Source: an uncultured virus (IMG/VR IMGVR_UViG_3300037296_000405)
Taxonomy: Duplodnaviria > Heunggongvirae > Uroviricota > Caudoviricetes
Reading direction: 5' to 3' (one strand)
DNA: 64,000 bases
IMG/VR virus record: IMGVR_UViG_3300037296_000405
Shown here: one piece after another, positions 40,713-50,353 of the stretch
Numbering within the stretch: position 1 is the stretch's first letter
Layout of the letters: each line of letters starts with the position of its first letter
Notes under the pieces: model-generated
What the model saw: the letters and a program-made list of their open reading frames with translations, nothing else
Databases searched by the model: none
Told to the model about the DNA's origin: nothing
Program-made: the position numbers and the translations under genes

Positions 40713-40753
40713 CTTTTTAAGTTTAATACCCATTTATTTAGTAGGGAGTTAAT

Positions 40754-41143
40754 ATGTACAATAAGAAAACTAATATTTTAAAGTCTGATGTTGAAATAGA
40801 AAACAAGCATTCATTTTCGGAGCTACCAAATGTTTTAGCGCTAGATTTATCATGGAATTTAACGGTTATCGAAAGTACTGCTTCAGTTTCTTTTATTTTT
40901 TCTATTCCAAGCCAGAATATTACGGCAAAGGGCGAAATAGAGAATGAAGAGGGTGACTATGAAGATGTTTATTTCAATATAAATATAACTGGAGATAAAG
41001 TAAAAGTTCTAGTCGATAGTTCTACTAAATTAATTCACAGTGATATCGCTCCACAAAGAGTCGAAATGGTTATTGAATCGCTAATTAAGCTAGACTCTTA
41101 TTCATATGAAATTAACGTTGAGTCTTTGAGTGTGACTTTCTAG
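40754..41143 (+). CDS. hypothetical protein
   Basis: GGGAG RBS. Confidence 0.7.
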   Translation: MYNKKTNILKSDVEIENKHSFSELPNVLALDLSWNLTVIESTASVSFIFSIPSQNITAKGEIENEEGDYEDVYFNINITGDKVKVLVDSSTKLIHSDIAPQRVEMVIESLIKLDSYSYEINVESLSVTF

Positions 41144-41699
41144 TTTTCTTTTTAAAATATTTCTTTTTAACTGGATTTTCTTTTATTTGGTCATGTACAC
41201 CAGCTGCTAAATTATTGTTAGGTAGATTGAATTCTAGCATACCTTCTTCTCTCTTAGTCCTAAGCTCTAAAATAATATCGCTTTTGCTCGTCGTCTTAGT
41301 ATTAATAAAGTCAACAAAGTTATTAAGATTATAAGAAGATTCTTGTTTGTGTTCAGATTCTTTAAATGTAAGTATCTTCTTATTACTTTCTTTGTCTATG
41401 GCTTGAGACATTAATCTAACAACTTCTACCACATCAGATTTTTTTGTTTTAGTATTATGAATGAATATGTAAAACTCTTTTCTTGAATTAGGTACTCTTA
41501 AATTTTTTTTACAAACTGATTGGGTAATATCATCAGGATGAAAAAATAATAGTTCATCATTTATTAGTACAGGAACTTCATCTTGAGATAAGTCTTTAAA
41601 TGAAGTGTTGTCTTGTAGTTTCCCAATTTTTTTATAAAGTGGGTGTGATGGATTCGATATAATAACCATATTGTTCTCGCTTTTAAATGTTAATAACAT
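41112..41699 (-). CDS. hypothetical protein
   Basis: ORF. Confidence 0.65.
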   Translation of the reverse strand: MLLTFKSENNMVIISNPSHPLYKKIGKLQDNTSFKDLSQDEVPVLINDELLFFHPDDITQSVCKKNLRVPNSRKEFYIFIHNTKTKKSDVVEVVRLMSQAIDKESNKKILTFKESEHKQESSYNLNNFVDFINTKTTSKSDIILELRTKREEGMLEFNLPNNNLAAGVHDQIKENPVKKKYFKKKTRKSHSKTQR

Positions 41700-41794
41700 G
41701 TTTTTATTAAATAGATATAGATCTAGTATATTATATATATGGAATAAGTCAAGCTAAAAAATAAAAAGTGTGTTATAATGAATAAAAAGGAGAT

Positions 41795-41926
41795 ATGTTG
41801 AACAATTTTAACCATTTATATAGCATGAAAGACCTGTGGGATAAGATAGTTGATTTTTTAGAAGATGTTTTAATTCCAAAACCTGAGCCAATTCCTATAC
41901 CCATTGAACGAGATAATAAAAAATAG
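41795..41926 (+). CDS. small protein (43 aa) with PKPEPIPIP tail
   Basis: TGT-TATAAT promoter, AAGGAG RBS; not in ORF track. Confidence 0.6.
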   Translation: MLNNFNHLYSMKDLWDKIVDFLEDVLIPKPEPIPIPIERDNKK

Positions 41927-42166
41927 TTATTTTTTGTAATTATTAATTTCTTCTTTTTTTACTGCAATTTCTTCTTCTAATTGAATAATAACCATTTCTT
42001 TAATTTTTGAAGTACTTTCTTTCTTGGCGTCTACCTGATGAAAAGCCGATTTTTTAGCATTGAATATATAGAATTCTTCATTTTCATCATTTAAAATATT
42101 ATACATTTTTTCTAAGTCAGCTAAAGCCCACTTAAGTTTAGAAAGTTTATAGTCAAATTTGTCCAT
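41927..42166 (-). CDS. hypothetical protein
   Basis: TGA-TATAAT 5 nt before ATG. Confidence 0.65.
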   Translation of the reverse strand: MDKFDYKLSKLKWALADLEKMYNILNDENEEFYIFNAKKSAFHQVDAKKESTSKIKEMVIIQLEEEIAVKKEEINNYKK

Positions 42167-42200
42167 AGCTTATTATATCACAGAAATTAAATTAAGCAAT

Positions 42201-42236
42201 GAAAAAGAAAAAGGAGCTATTCAGCCCCTTTTTTTT
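42201..42236 (-). terminator. intrinsic terminator
   Basis: AAGGGGCT-GAAT-AGCTCCTT followed by U tract on minus strand. Confidence 0.75.
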
Positions 42237-42350
42237 AATTATTACGACAAAGATTAAAAACCTTTGAAGAGATACTTGATCACCTCCTTATAGTGTATTT
42301 TTTTAGCCTAACAAAATTATAGAATAAACCTCCTTAGTTCGAACGGCTAA
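42201..42350 (-). ncRNA. candidate structured RNA with two strong SD motifs
   Basis: TAAGGAGGT (42328-42336) and TAAGGAGGTGATC (42278-42290) without downstream ATG; several hairpins with G-U pairs on minus strand. Confidence 0.4.
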
Positions 42351-42416
42351 TTGTAAATAAAATAATATATGATTATTTAGGTGTGAATTTTTAAATTTAT
42401 TCGAGTTATAACTCAT
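42303..42416 (-). CDS. possible small ORF (37 aa, MSYNSNKFKNSHLNN...)
   Basis: GAGG RBS; ends inside the structured region. Confidence 0.4.
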   Translation of the reverse strand: MSYNSNKFKNSHLNNHILFYLQLAVRTKEVYSIILLG

Positions 42417-42586
42417 TAAAAAACCTCTATAAGATAACTTACTCTCTAAATGGAGAAAATTAAAATCAAAAATACAAAAAAGATGAGATCTTTTTAATAA
42501 AATCTAAATAAATTTAAAGAGTTATCTGTTATTATTGTCTTGTAAAAAGCTGTTATTTGTGGTATAATGTCTAAAAGGGGAATTTA

Positions 42587-44485
42587 ATGTCTAAATTGAG
42601 AATTAAAGAGCTAAGTAGTCTTATATTAAAGCATAAAGAACTATATTATTCAGGTCAGGCAGAATTAGCTGATGAAGAATATGATGCCATAGAAAAAGAA
42701 CTAACGGCTTTAAGCGCTCAACACCCCACTTTAGGTATAGTTGGCTCTGCATTTTTCTCTGGAGAAAAAGTTAAACATGATACTAAAATGTTATCTTTGT
42801 CTAAAACTTATATTGAAGATGAACTTGTTTCTTGGCTTAATGGAAAAGAAGTTATAGCTACTTACAAAGTTGATGGAAATTCAGCTTCAATTATTTATGA
42901 AAATGGAAGTTTTACATTAGCTAAAACTAGAGGCGATGGTGAGTTTGGTGAAAACATTTCAAAACCATCGTTTTATATAAAAAGTATTCCTAAAAAAATA
43001 TCAACTAATAAAAAAGTTGAAGTTAGAGGAGAAATTTATTGTTCAAAGGAAAATTTTGAAATACTTGTAGAAGAAATGTTAAAGAGAGGAATGGATAGAC
43101 CTAAGTCTGAAAGAAATATTGTTGCTGGAATCCTTGGAAGAAAAGAGCATAAAGATTTAGCTCAATATTTAGATTTCTTAGCTTTTGATTATTTAAGCGA
43201 AGATGATGTAAAATTAGAAGAAGATAAATGTAAGAAGTTAGCTGATGAGGGTTTTGTTCTTCCACCTAACAAGAAAATAAAAAATAAAAAAGATTTACTA
43301 AACTTTGTAAACCAAACTCAGAAGTTTATGGAAGAAGGAACTTTCCTAATTGATGGAGCTGTTTTTTCTTATAATAAAATTTCAGACCAAGAAGAAGCGG
43401 GTTTCAATGGTCATCACCCTAAATTTAAAATAGCGTTTAAGTTTGCGGGAGAAGTAAAAGAATCAACAATTATTAATATAAATTGGCAAATTTCAAGATT
43501 TGGGGTTTTCACTCCTGTAGGAGATATTGAACCTGTTGAATTGGCAGGAGCCACAATTACAAATGTTACTCTTCATAATTTAAAGAATGTTAAGAATTTT
43601 AACTTAAAGAAAGGTGACACAATTAAAATAATAAGGTCTGGGGAAGTTATTCCTAAGTTTTTAAGTGTAGTGAAGTCGTCAAAAAATAAAATTAATATTC
43701 CTGAATCTTGTAGCTTTTGTAAATCAAATCTAGTTCAAGAAGATGTTCGATTAATGTGCAATAATATTCAATGTTCAGGAAGACATGAAAAATATATTCT
43801 TGATTTTATTAAGAAGATAGGCATTGATGATTTAAGTGATAAAAGACTTAGACCTATGATGGAATTAGGTTTAGTAAATTCTGTTTTAGATTTATATACT
43901 TTGACAGAAGCTCAATTGTTAACTTTGCCAAAGACAAAAGAAAAAATGGCAAAAAAAATAATTAAAAATATTGAAAAAACTAAAAAAGTAAATGTTATTA
44001 AATTTCTTTCCGCTTTGAGTTTAACAGGTGGAGCAAGAAAGAGTACTGAAACAATTTTAGATTCTGGAGTTAAAAATTTTGATGAATTGTTTGAATTAAA
44101 AGCTGATGATTTAGTTAAGTTAAAAGGTTTGGCTGAAATTAAGGCTAATAATTATGTTAATTCATTGAGAGATAATAAAGATATCATTAATGGGTTATTA
44201 AACTTAGGTTTTGAAGTAGAATTTCCACAAAGTAGTGGTTCATCAATTTTAAAAGATAAGACTTTTTGTATAACTGGGGAATTAGTAATCGCATCTAACC
44301 GAAAAGTATTAGAAGACTTAATTAAAAACGAAGGTGGAAAGTCATCATCTTCAGTTAGTTCTAAAACTAATTTTTTAATTTGTAATGAAGTGAGTTCTTC
44401 ATCTAAGTATGTTAAAGCTGAATCTTTGGGGGTTGAGATACTTACTGAAAAGCAATTTGAAGATAAATTTAAACTAAAAATATAA
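42587..44485 (+). CDS. ligA: NAD-dependent DNA ligase
   Basis: MLSL, KVDG, TRGDG, EVRGE, TLHN, C4 Zn finger, HhH, BRCT. Confidence 0.96.
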   Translation: MSKLRIKELSSLILKHKELYYSGQAELADEEYDAIEKELTALSAQHPTLGIVGSAFFSGEKVKHDTKMLSLSKTYIEDELVSWLNGKEVIATYKVDGNSASIIYENGSFTLAKTRGDGEFGENISKPSFYIKSIPKKISTNKKVEVRGEIYCSKENFEILVEEMLKRGMDRPKSERNIVAGILGRKEHKDLAQYLDFLAFDYLSEDDVKLEEDKCKKLADEGFVLPPNKKIKNKKDLLNFVNQTQKFMEEGTFLIDGAVFSYNKISDQEEAGFNGHHPKFKIAFKFAGEVKESTIININWQISRFGVFTPVGDIEPVELAGATITNVTLHNLKNVKNFNLKKGDTIKIIRSGEVIPKFLSVVKSSKNKINIPESCSFCKSNLVQEDVRLMCNNIQCSGRHEKYILDFIKKIGIDDLSDKRLRPMMELGLVNSVLDLYTLTEAQLLTLPKTKEKMAKKIIKNIEKTKKVNVIKFLSALSLTGGARKSTETILDSGVKNFDELFELKADDLVKLKGLAEIKANNYVNSLRDNKDIINGLLNLGFEVEFPQSSGSSILKDKTFCITGELVIASNRKVLEDLIKNEGGKSSSSVSSKTNFLICNEVSSSSKYVKAESLGVEILTEKQFEDKFKLKI

Positions 44486-44493
44486 GGAATATT

Positions 44494-45189
44494 ATGCAAA
44501 TTGAAATAGATAATTTTTTAAGAAGTTTTGAAGGCAAGTCCATTTCTATTGAAAATTTATCACAAGAATTAAAGTTATCCAATAAAGAAGTTAAAGAGTT
44601 CTTTACAGATTCTTCAAAATACTACGAATCAAAAGAGATACATAATTTCTATATTAAGAGAAATGATAACTCCAAAGATAGGCGGGAACCCTTAGCTTTA
44701 TTTAATAGATATTATAAAAGCGATTTAACAAAAGGGGATATTTATTTAACTGAATTATTAACAGGTCAAGAAGTATTTAAGGGTTCTGTAGATTATAGTG
44801 ATATAGGAGGTCTGTATTCTTCAGTTTTTACAGTGAAAGGGGATTATGGAAATGAGATTGAAAGATATTCTCGATACTCTATAGAATCTTTATTTTGTTT
44901 ATTTGAAAATGAAAGTTTTGTTATAGAAAATAAAGCAGGTGGAATCACTGTAAGTATTCCTAAAAGAAATATATCATGTAGTACAGAATCATTTTTTATA
45001 TCATTTGTGAATTGTATTAAAGAGCTTGAAAAATGTGAAGAATTTTACGTGATTCAGTACATTGAGGGAGATGATGAGTATGCGTATGATAATTCTAAAT
45101 TGTTTTACAGTAAAGAATCAGCATTAGATTTCTTAAATGATCTCAAGAAAGAACGAAATGTTAATTATAAGATTATTAAAACAAAATAA
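44494..45189 (+). CDS. hypothetical protein
   Basis: ORF with RBS. Confidence 0.7.
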   Translation: MQIEIDNFLRSFEGKSISIENLSQELKLSNKEVKEFFTDSSKYYESKEIHNFYIKRNDNSKDRREPLALFNRYYKSDLTKGDIYLTELLTGQEVFKGSVDYSDIGGLYSSVFTVKGDYGNEIERYSRYSIESLFCLFENESFVIENKAGGITVSIPKRNISCSTESFFISFVNCIKELEKCEEFYVIQYIEGDDEYAYDNSKLFYSKESALDFLNDLKKERNVNYKIIKTK

Positions 45190-45229
45190 AGTTGTAATTA
45201 GATCATAGTTATGTTACCATTTAATTACT

Positions 45230-45649
45230 ATGAGAAATCTAATATTAAAAATAGACATTAAAACTTTAAGGTGGGATTTCTTTCGAGGAAGCGGTAAAGG
45301 TGGACAGAAAAGAAATAAGACAGAAAATTGTTCAAGATGTACTCATATAGAATCTGGTGCGCAAGGTAAAAGTGAGTCTGGACGTTCTAAAGAACAGAAC
45401 AAAAAGAAATCAGTAGATAGGATGGTTGAGAACCTCGTTTTCATTGATTGGTCTCAGAATTTTATCAATAATCACGTTAAAGAAGAAAGGATATTAGATA
45501 TATCAGTCGAAGAAGATTTTATTCTATTATTTGATTTAGGCAAGTACGAGGCTCCTAAGCGAAAGAAAATTAAAAGGAAGCCCGTTGTTAAGGATAGAGT
45601 TAAAGAAGACCGCAGAAGCTCTAAAAAAGACCTTAAAGACTTTAATTAG
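45230..45649 (+). CDS. RF-1 (GGQ) domain peptidyl-tRNA hydrolase, ArfB/PrfH-like
   Basis: RGSGKGGQKRNKT, H..SG, RS...NK; basic C-terminal tail. Confidence 0.88.
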   Translation: MRNLILKIDIKTLRWDFFRGSGKGGQKRNKTENCSRCTHIESGAQGKSESGRSKEQNKKKSVDRMVENLVFIDWSQNFINNHVKEERILDISVEEDFILLFDLGKYEAPKRKKIKRKPVVKDRVKEDRRSSKKDLKDFN

Positions 45650-45762
45650 ACACTATATATGCTGGTATTGCCCATAATAGTATTATTATGAAAAGATAGC
45701 CTAATATTTTAATTAAATCACTCATAAATAATAAATGGTATTGTATTCGCTCTAAATAAGTT

Positions 45763-45972
45763 TTATTTGAATATTATTTCATTAAGATTTTTTGAATCTT
45801 TACCTTTAAATACTTTATTTCCGCATTTAATGGATTCATTTATAAATATGCCATTTGACAGCAACTTGGATATAAGTTCGGTTGTAGATATTTTTTCTTT
45901 TAAAGCACACTCTTTAATATATCCAATTAACTCAGATTCTATATTAAAAGATATTTTAACTGGTTTTTTCAT
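45763..45972 (-). CDS. ribbon-helix-helix (CopG-like) protein
   Basis: KISFNI...IKECALKEKISTTELISKLL; AAGGAG RBS. Confidence 0.65.
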   Translation of the reverse strand: MKKPVKISFNIESELIGYIKECALKEKISTTELISKLLSNGIFINESIKCGNKVFKGKDSKNLNEIIFK

Positions 45973-46098
45973 GTAAGATTCTCCTTGTGTTTTCTAAATG
46001 GATACTTAATATTTAAAATTTATTAATAATAGGTGTATATAATATAATAGTAAAAGTCTTATATTGAAGTAAGATCTTTAATAATAAAGGACACTTAA

Positions 46099-46722
46099 AT
46101 GCAACCAATGTTACTTAGTGATTATATTTTAGGAGACTCATTTTCAAAGAAATATCAAGATACCTTTGTGGAACAAGCACCAACTTTTATTCATTCATTG
46201 AGAGATATCGAATTTATTAGAGATGGAGCAGGGAATTATCAATTCAAAGAAAAAAGTGAACTGTACGTCCCTTTTATTCAGATTAGCTATAACAATAAAT
46301 CTTTGGGTAATTTTTTTATTATATTTCAGAAGTATATGGAAAATCCATTAAATATTATTCAAGTCAATAAGAAGCCTTATCATTCAGATTTTAAGTACGA
46401 AAAAAAAATAACTTGCTACTTGAAACCTAAAGATTTATTCGATGAAGAGGGGGAGTCGATCCAAGACGTTTTTTTAACTATAGATCCCTTAGTTGGTGAA
46501 GTCGTTATCGTATATTTTTATAGTAAAGCTAAAAAGGTGGGTTATCTCAGAACTACTGTTACTAGCTTAAATTTAGGATTACATATTCGTGAACATGATA
46601 GAAGAATTCTGTCTGTAGTGCAAGAATATCTAAATAATGGCGATGCTTATGAATTAAAAAAAGATGAGATTAAAGATAAGTACAAAGGTAAATTTACTGA
46701 ACAAGAGTATCTTGAAATATAA
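46099..46722 (+). CDS. hypothetical protein
   Basis: ORF with RBS. Confidence 0.7.
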   Translation: MQPMLLSDYILGDSFSKKYQDTFVEQAPTFIHSLRDIEFIRDGAGNYQFKEKSELYVPFIQISYNNKSLGNFFIIFQKYMENPLNIIQVNKKPYHSDFKYEKKITCYLKPKDLFDEEGESIQDVFLTIDPLVGEVVIVYFYSKAKKVGYLRTTVTSLNLGLHIREHDRRILSVVQEYLNNGDAYELKKDEIKDKYKGKFTEQEYLEI

Positions 46723-47003
46723 TGGATGTAATTAAATATAATTTTCCTCAACTAACAGAGCATCTTCCAGATATTGGCAATGATATTATCGGTTACGCAA
46801 CTTTGAGGCCAAAAATTCATATAAGTCATAATGGAATGTCCTATGTAGACAATAGTGATCCTGTCATATTAGAAATAGTTGGCTTGGCATATAACCAAAA
46901 TTGTGATAAAATATACATATCTAATGAATATTGGAGAGGGACTACTTTAAGAAAGATCGTCAGCGAAAAAGAAATTATAATATTTATTGAAAATAAAGGA
47001 TAG
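46722..47003 (+). CDS. hypothetical protein
   Basis: TAATG coupling. Confidence 0.65.
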   Translation: MDVIKYNFPQLTEHLPDIGNDIIGYATLRPKIHISHNGMSYVDNSDPVILEIVGLAYNQNCDKIYISNEYWRGTTLRKIVSEKEIIIFIENKG

Positions 47004-47007
47004 TTTG

Positions 47008-47508
47008 ATGGCAGGAAATAGTGCAAAAACTAAGCAAGTAATATTGATGCGAGAAGATTTAAATATAACTTCGGGAAAGATGATAGCTCAGGGTTCACAT
47101 GCGTCCGTTTCAGCTATATTAAATAAAAATAATTCAAAAGATATTAAGAATATTAATATCAATATTAGCGAAGAAGAAAGTGAATGGTTTAATGAAAGAT
47201 TTACGAAAGTTGTTTTGGGTGTTAAAAATGATATTGAATTAATGATGTTTTATGATTTAGCAAAAGAAAAAGGGTTAAATGTTTCAAAGCCTATTATTGA
47301 TGCAGGATACACTGAACTTAATGAGCCTACACTTACCTGTATAGCAATTGGACCAAACAATATAGAAAGAATAAATGAAGTAACAGGAAGTCTTAGAGTT
47401 TTTTCAGGAAATAATAAAGAGAAAAAAATTAGAAGGTTGTTAAGGAAGTTTTTGAAAAAAGAGAATAATCTAGATATAAAAAAACAAATAATGGAATCAT
47501 TAGAATAG
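47008..47508 (+). CDS. pth2: peptidyl-tRNA hydrolase, Pth2 family
   Basis: KQVILMREDL, GKMIAQGSHA, KVVL, IDAGYTE, TCIAIGP. Confidence 0.92.
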   Translation: MAGNSAKTKQVILMREDLNITSGKMIAQGSHASVSAILNKNNSKDIKNININISEEESEWFNERFTKVVLGVKNDIELMMFYDLAKEKGLNVSKPIIDAGYTELNEPTLTCIAIGPNNIERINEVTGSLRVFSGNNKEKKIRRLLRKFLKKENNLDIKKQIMESLE

Positions 47509-48056
47509 TGTTTTGTTTTTTTAAAGAATATTTAATTAATAGAAAAGATGTAGGATCGGTTATAGAGAGTTCACGTTTTTTATCCAAGAGTATATCTAAA
47601 TTATCCAAAGAATATACTCCTTTGAATGGAAATTTACTAGAAATAGGGGCAGGACTAGGTCCAATAAGTTCTGAAATAGTTAAATTAATTAAAGATGTAA
47701 CTTTAATTGAGATTAATGATGATTTTGTGAGTAAATTAAAAATAAAATTTAACAATAAAGAAGACATTAAGATTTTAAGTAAGAATTTTATGGATAAAGA
47801 TTTTGAAGGTTCATTCGATACGATAGTATGTTGCTTGCCTTTAAGCAATTTCTCCCAAGAATTAAACGATTCTTTTTCTAAAAAGATGGTGTCATTACTT
47901 AAAGATAAAGGTACTATTATATTCTTTGAGTACATAGGGTTTACTTTATTTAATAACGTTAAAAAATTAAATGAAGATAGTTTAATCGAAGTCCAGACAC
48001 TAAAAGTAATTAGGAATTTTCCACCAGCAAAAATAGTGGTTATTCAAAAAAGTTAA
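47508..48056 (+). CDS. class I SAM-dependent methyltransferase (PmtA-like)
   Basis: VGSVIESSRFL, LEIGAGLGP, IVCCLP, RNFPPA. Confidence 0.8.
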   Translation: MFCFFKEYLINRKDVGSVIESSRFLSKSISKLSKEYTPLNGNLLEIGAGLGPISSEIVKLIKDVTLIEINDDFVSKLKIKFNNKEDIKILSKNFMDKDFEGSFDTIVCCLPLSNFSQELNDSFSKKMVSLLKDKGTIIFFEYIGFTLFNNVKKLNEDSLIEVQTLKVIRNFPPAKIVVIQKS

Positions 48057-48112
48057 TGAAATCAAATGTTTACGTTTTTGCATAATCTTAATATTTATGG
48101 TATTATTTGTAC

Positions 48113-48646
48113 ATGACTATAAACATAAAAATAACAGATTCAGGAAAAAATAAGTTAACTCTAGAAAAACAAGAGACATATGAGCATGCATGCAATGTTT
48201 TTTTAGGTATTTGGGGGATTGTAAAAGAAGCTAATATAAATTTATATTTAGATTATCCTAAAAATTGCTTTGAAGATCCAAAATCTCTTTTTTATAAACA
48301 GTACGATTTAAAAAATCATGGTGGAGCTACATTTTTTGATGGAGAATCATTTAATATCTTTGTTGATAGAGAAAGGATTTTAAAAGAAAAACTTGAAGAC
48401 CATGTTTTTATGGGTGTTCTGATGGATGTTATTGCTCATGAAATAGTACACGTTAAGCAACTTTACTATAAAGAGTTAGCATATAGAAATGGCAAGACTT
48501 TTTTTTTAGATGAAGAAGTTAATGATATAGACCGAGAGTCTATGCCTCATGAAATAGAAGCTTATTCTAAGTCAAATCATATGGTACTAAAATATTACGG
48601 AGAATTAATTGAAATGCTAACTCATTCAGAAGAAATTTCAAAATAA
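48113..48646 (+). CDS. HExxH Zn-metallopeptidase-like protein
   Basis: IAHEIVHVKQ...PHEIEA; paralog of 10627. Confidence 0.75.
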   Translation: MTINIKITDSGKNKLTLEKQETYEHACNVFLGIWGIVKEANINLYLDYPKNCFEDPKSLFYKQYDLKNHGGATFFDGESFNIFVDRERILKEKLEDHVFMGVLMDVIAHEIVHVKQLYYKELAYRNGKTFFLDEEVNDIDRESMPHEIEAYSKSNHMVLKYYGELIEMLTHSEEISK

Positions 48647-49567
48647 AAAATCGTTAAACTGACATTTTCTTTTTTCATGAAAGAAAACTCTATCAAATTG
48701 ATTCAAATCTTTTTTATATTTTTCGGAGTTAAATCCAGAAAGGATGTACTTATAAACTTCAGTCATATGTGAAATAGGTGTTTTTTTGATATCCCAACTA
48801 TCGTTTTTATGTTTTTTAATAAAAAAATCATAATCTTTGTGTATTTTATGTAAAGAAAATTCTTCAATTCTAAGTTCAATGCCTAGTTCATTGGATATTT
48901 TTTTAATTTCTTTATTAAAGTTAATTTGCACATCATCTTTGTTAAATATGACTTCATCACTTGTTATTGATATTTTTATATTTTTATTTATTATCGATGA
49001 TGACTCTAATTTGTTAATTATTTGTTTTATTAACATTTTTTGAATACTTTGTTGTTTTTTCGGATTAAGTGTTGTATCACCAAAAATAACTTGCCTAATA
49101 ACTTTAGAGTTATAAATATAAGGTTCTTGTGTAAAGCCCTTTATAAATTCAACGAAATTTTTTTTATTGTTGACAATTTTTTTTGATATAAATTTAAAGG
49201 TTTGAAAATTTGCGGTTTTAATATCGACAGATATAAATTGTTTACCACTATTTTCTAATCTGTATAAATTGAATGTTTCATTTGATATAATGTTTTTGTC
49301 GATAGGGTAATTTTTAAATAAATGAAAATCAGGATGGTTTTTTATATGCGATTGAACATCATTCTTTAATCGATTATTTCTCGAAAAGAAATCATCTTCA
49401 TCTTTAACTGACTCCAAGTACTTTAACAATGTTTTTAACTTTGTTTTTGTATCATAAGCATTGTCATAGAGATCAATATAATATGAAAAATAAGGTTCCG
49501 AAACTATATTGAACGGTAATTTGTAGTCTTTAATAAATCTTTTCTTAATAGTCGTAGTTAATTCCAT
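48638..49567 (-). CDS. hypothetical protein with polymerase-palm-like acidic motifs
   Basis: FISVDIKTANF, SK.IRQ.IFG, SDEVIF. Confidence 0.5.
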   Translation of the reverse strand: MELTTTIKKRFIKDYKLPFNIVSEPYFSYYIDLYDNAYDTKTKLKTLLKYLESVKDEDDFFSRNNRLKNDVQSHIKNHPDFHLFKNYPIDKNIISNETFNLYRLENSGKQFISVDIKTANFQTFKFISKKIVNNKKNFVEFIKGFTQEPYIYNSKVIRQVIFGDTTLNPKKQQSIQKMLIKQIINKLESSSIINKNIKISITSDEVIFNKDDVQINFNKEIKKISNELGIELRIEEFSLHKIHKDYDFFIKKHKNDSWDIKKTPISHMTEVYKYILSGFNSEKYKKDLNQFDRVFFHEKRKCQFNDFLF

Positions 49568-49644
49568 AAATTATATTATACCATCAAATAAATAATATTC
49601 AATGCTTAGTTGCTTTTTTATCGTAGATCCTGTATAATTTAAAA

Positions 49645-50157
49645 ATGAAAAGAGTAATTGCTTTAGCAGAAAAGAAACATTCTTTAAATAATCAGAAGTT
49701 TGATGTTCATGATTATATATTCCACCTTAAAGGTGTTGCCGAAGTAGTTTTAGAATTCTTGAGTAAACATCCAAATATCGATAAATTAATGAAAATAGCT
49801 TACTTACATGATATCTTAGAAGATACCGATACTACTATTGACGAGCTTCTCAGTGTTGTAGATATTTCTATAGTAGATTGTATTAAGTTATTAACTGATA
49901 AAAAAGGCAAGAACCGAAAAGATAGACATCTTAATACGTATTACTTAATTAGAGAAAGTGAATCTGCTGTTATCGTAAAATTAGCTGATAGGATATTTAA
50001 TATTAGGTACTCTATTTCAAATAAAAATAATCTAGCAAAGATGTATTTTAAAGAAGCGGATATATTTAAATTTGCCCTTTATGACCCTAGGCATCCTTAC
50101 ACTAAGGATTTATGGAAAGAGTATGATAATTTAGTCAATAAACTTAGGAGTATGTAA
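49645..50157 (+). CDS. RelA/SpoT-type HD hydrolase (small alarmone hydrolase-like)
   Basis: H..Q....YIFHL..V, LHDILEDT, VKLADRIFN. Confidence 0.85.
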   Translation: MKRVIALAEKKHSLNNQKFDVHDYIFHLKGVAEVVLEFLSKHPNIDKLMKIAYLHDILEDTDTTIDELLSVVDISIVDCIKLLTDKKGKNRKDRHLNTYYLIRESESAVIVKLADRIFNIRYSISNKNNLAKMYFKEADIFKFALYDPRHPYTKDLWKEYDNLVNKLRSM

Positions 50158-50159
50158 TC

Positions 50160-50348
50160 GTGTATATTTTAGTTAAAGAGATTAGTCATAATATTTGGGA
50201 AATATCCACTAGTGAAGGGACTGTGTTTAATACTAGAAGATGTTATAATGTTGAAGAAGCTAGAATTTGGTCAAAAATATATATGAGTTCTTGGGACACT
50301 AATTTTAGAATCGATATATTAGCTAAATTTTACGAGAATGATGAATAG
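50160..50348 (+). CDS. hypothetical protein
   Basis: AGGAG RBS, GTG start. Confidence 0.55.
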   Translation: MYILVKEISHNIWEISTSEGTVFNTRRCYNVEEARIWSKIYMSSWDTNFRIDILAKFYENDE

Positions 50349-50353
50349 TATTT

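Noticed and set aside
42278..42290. 16S rRNA gene fragment
   Set aside because: Only the 13-nt tail matches; the flanks are not rRNA-like
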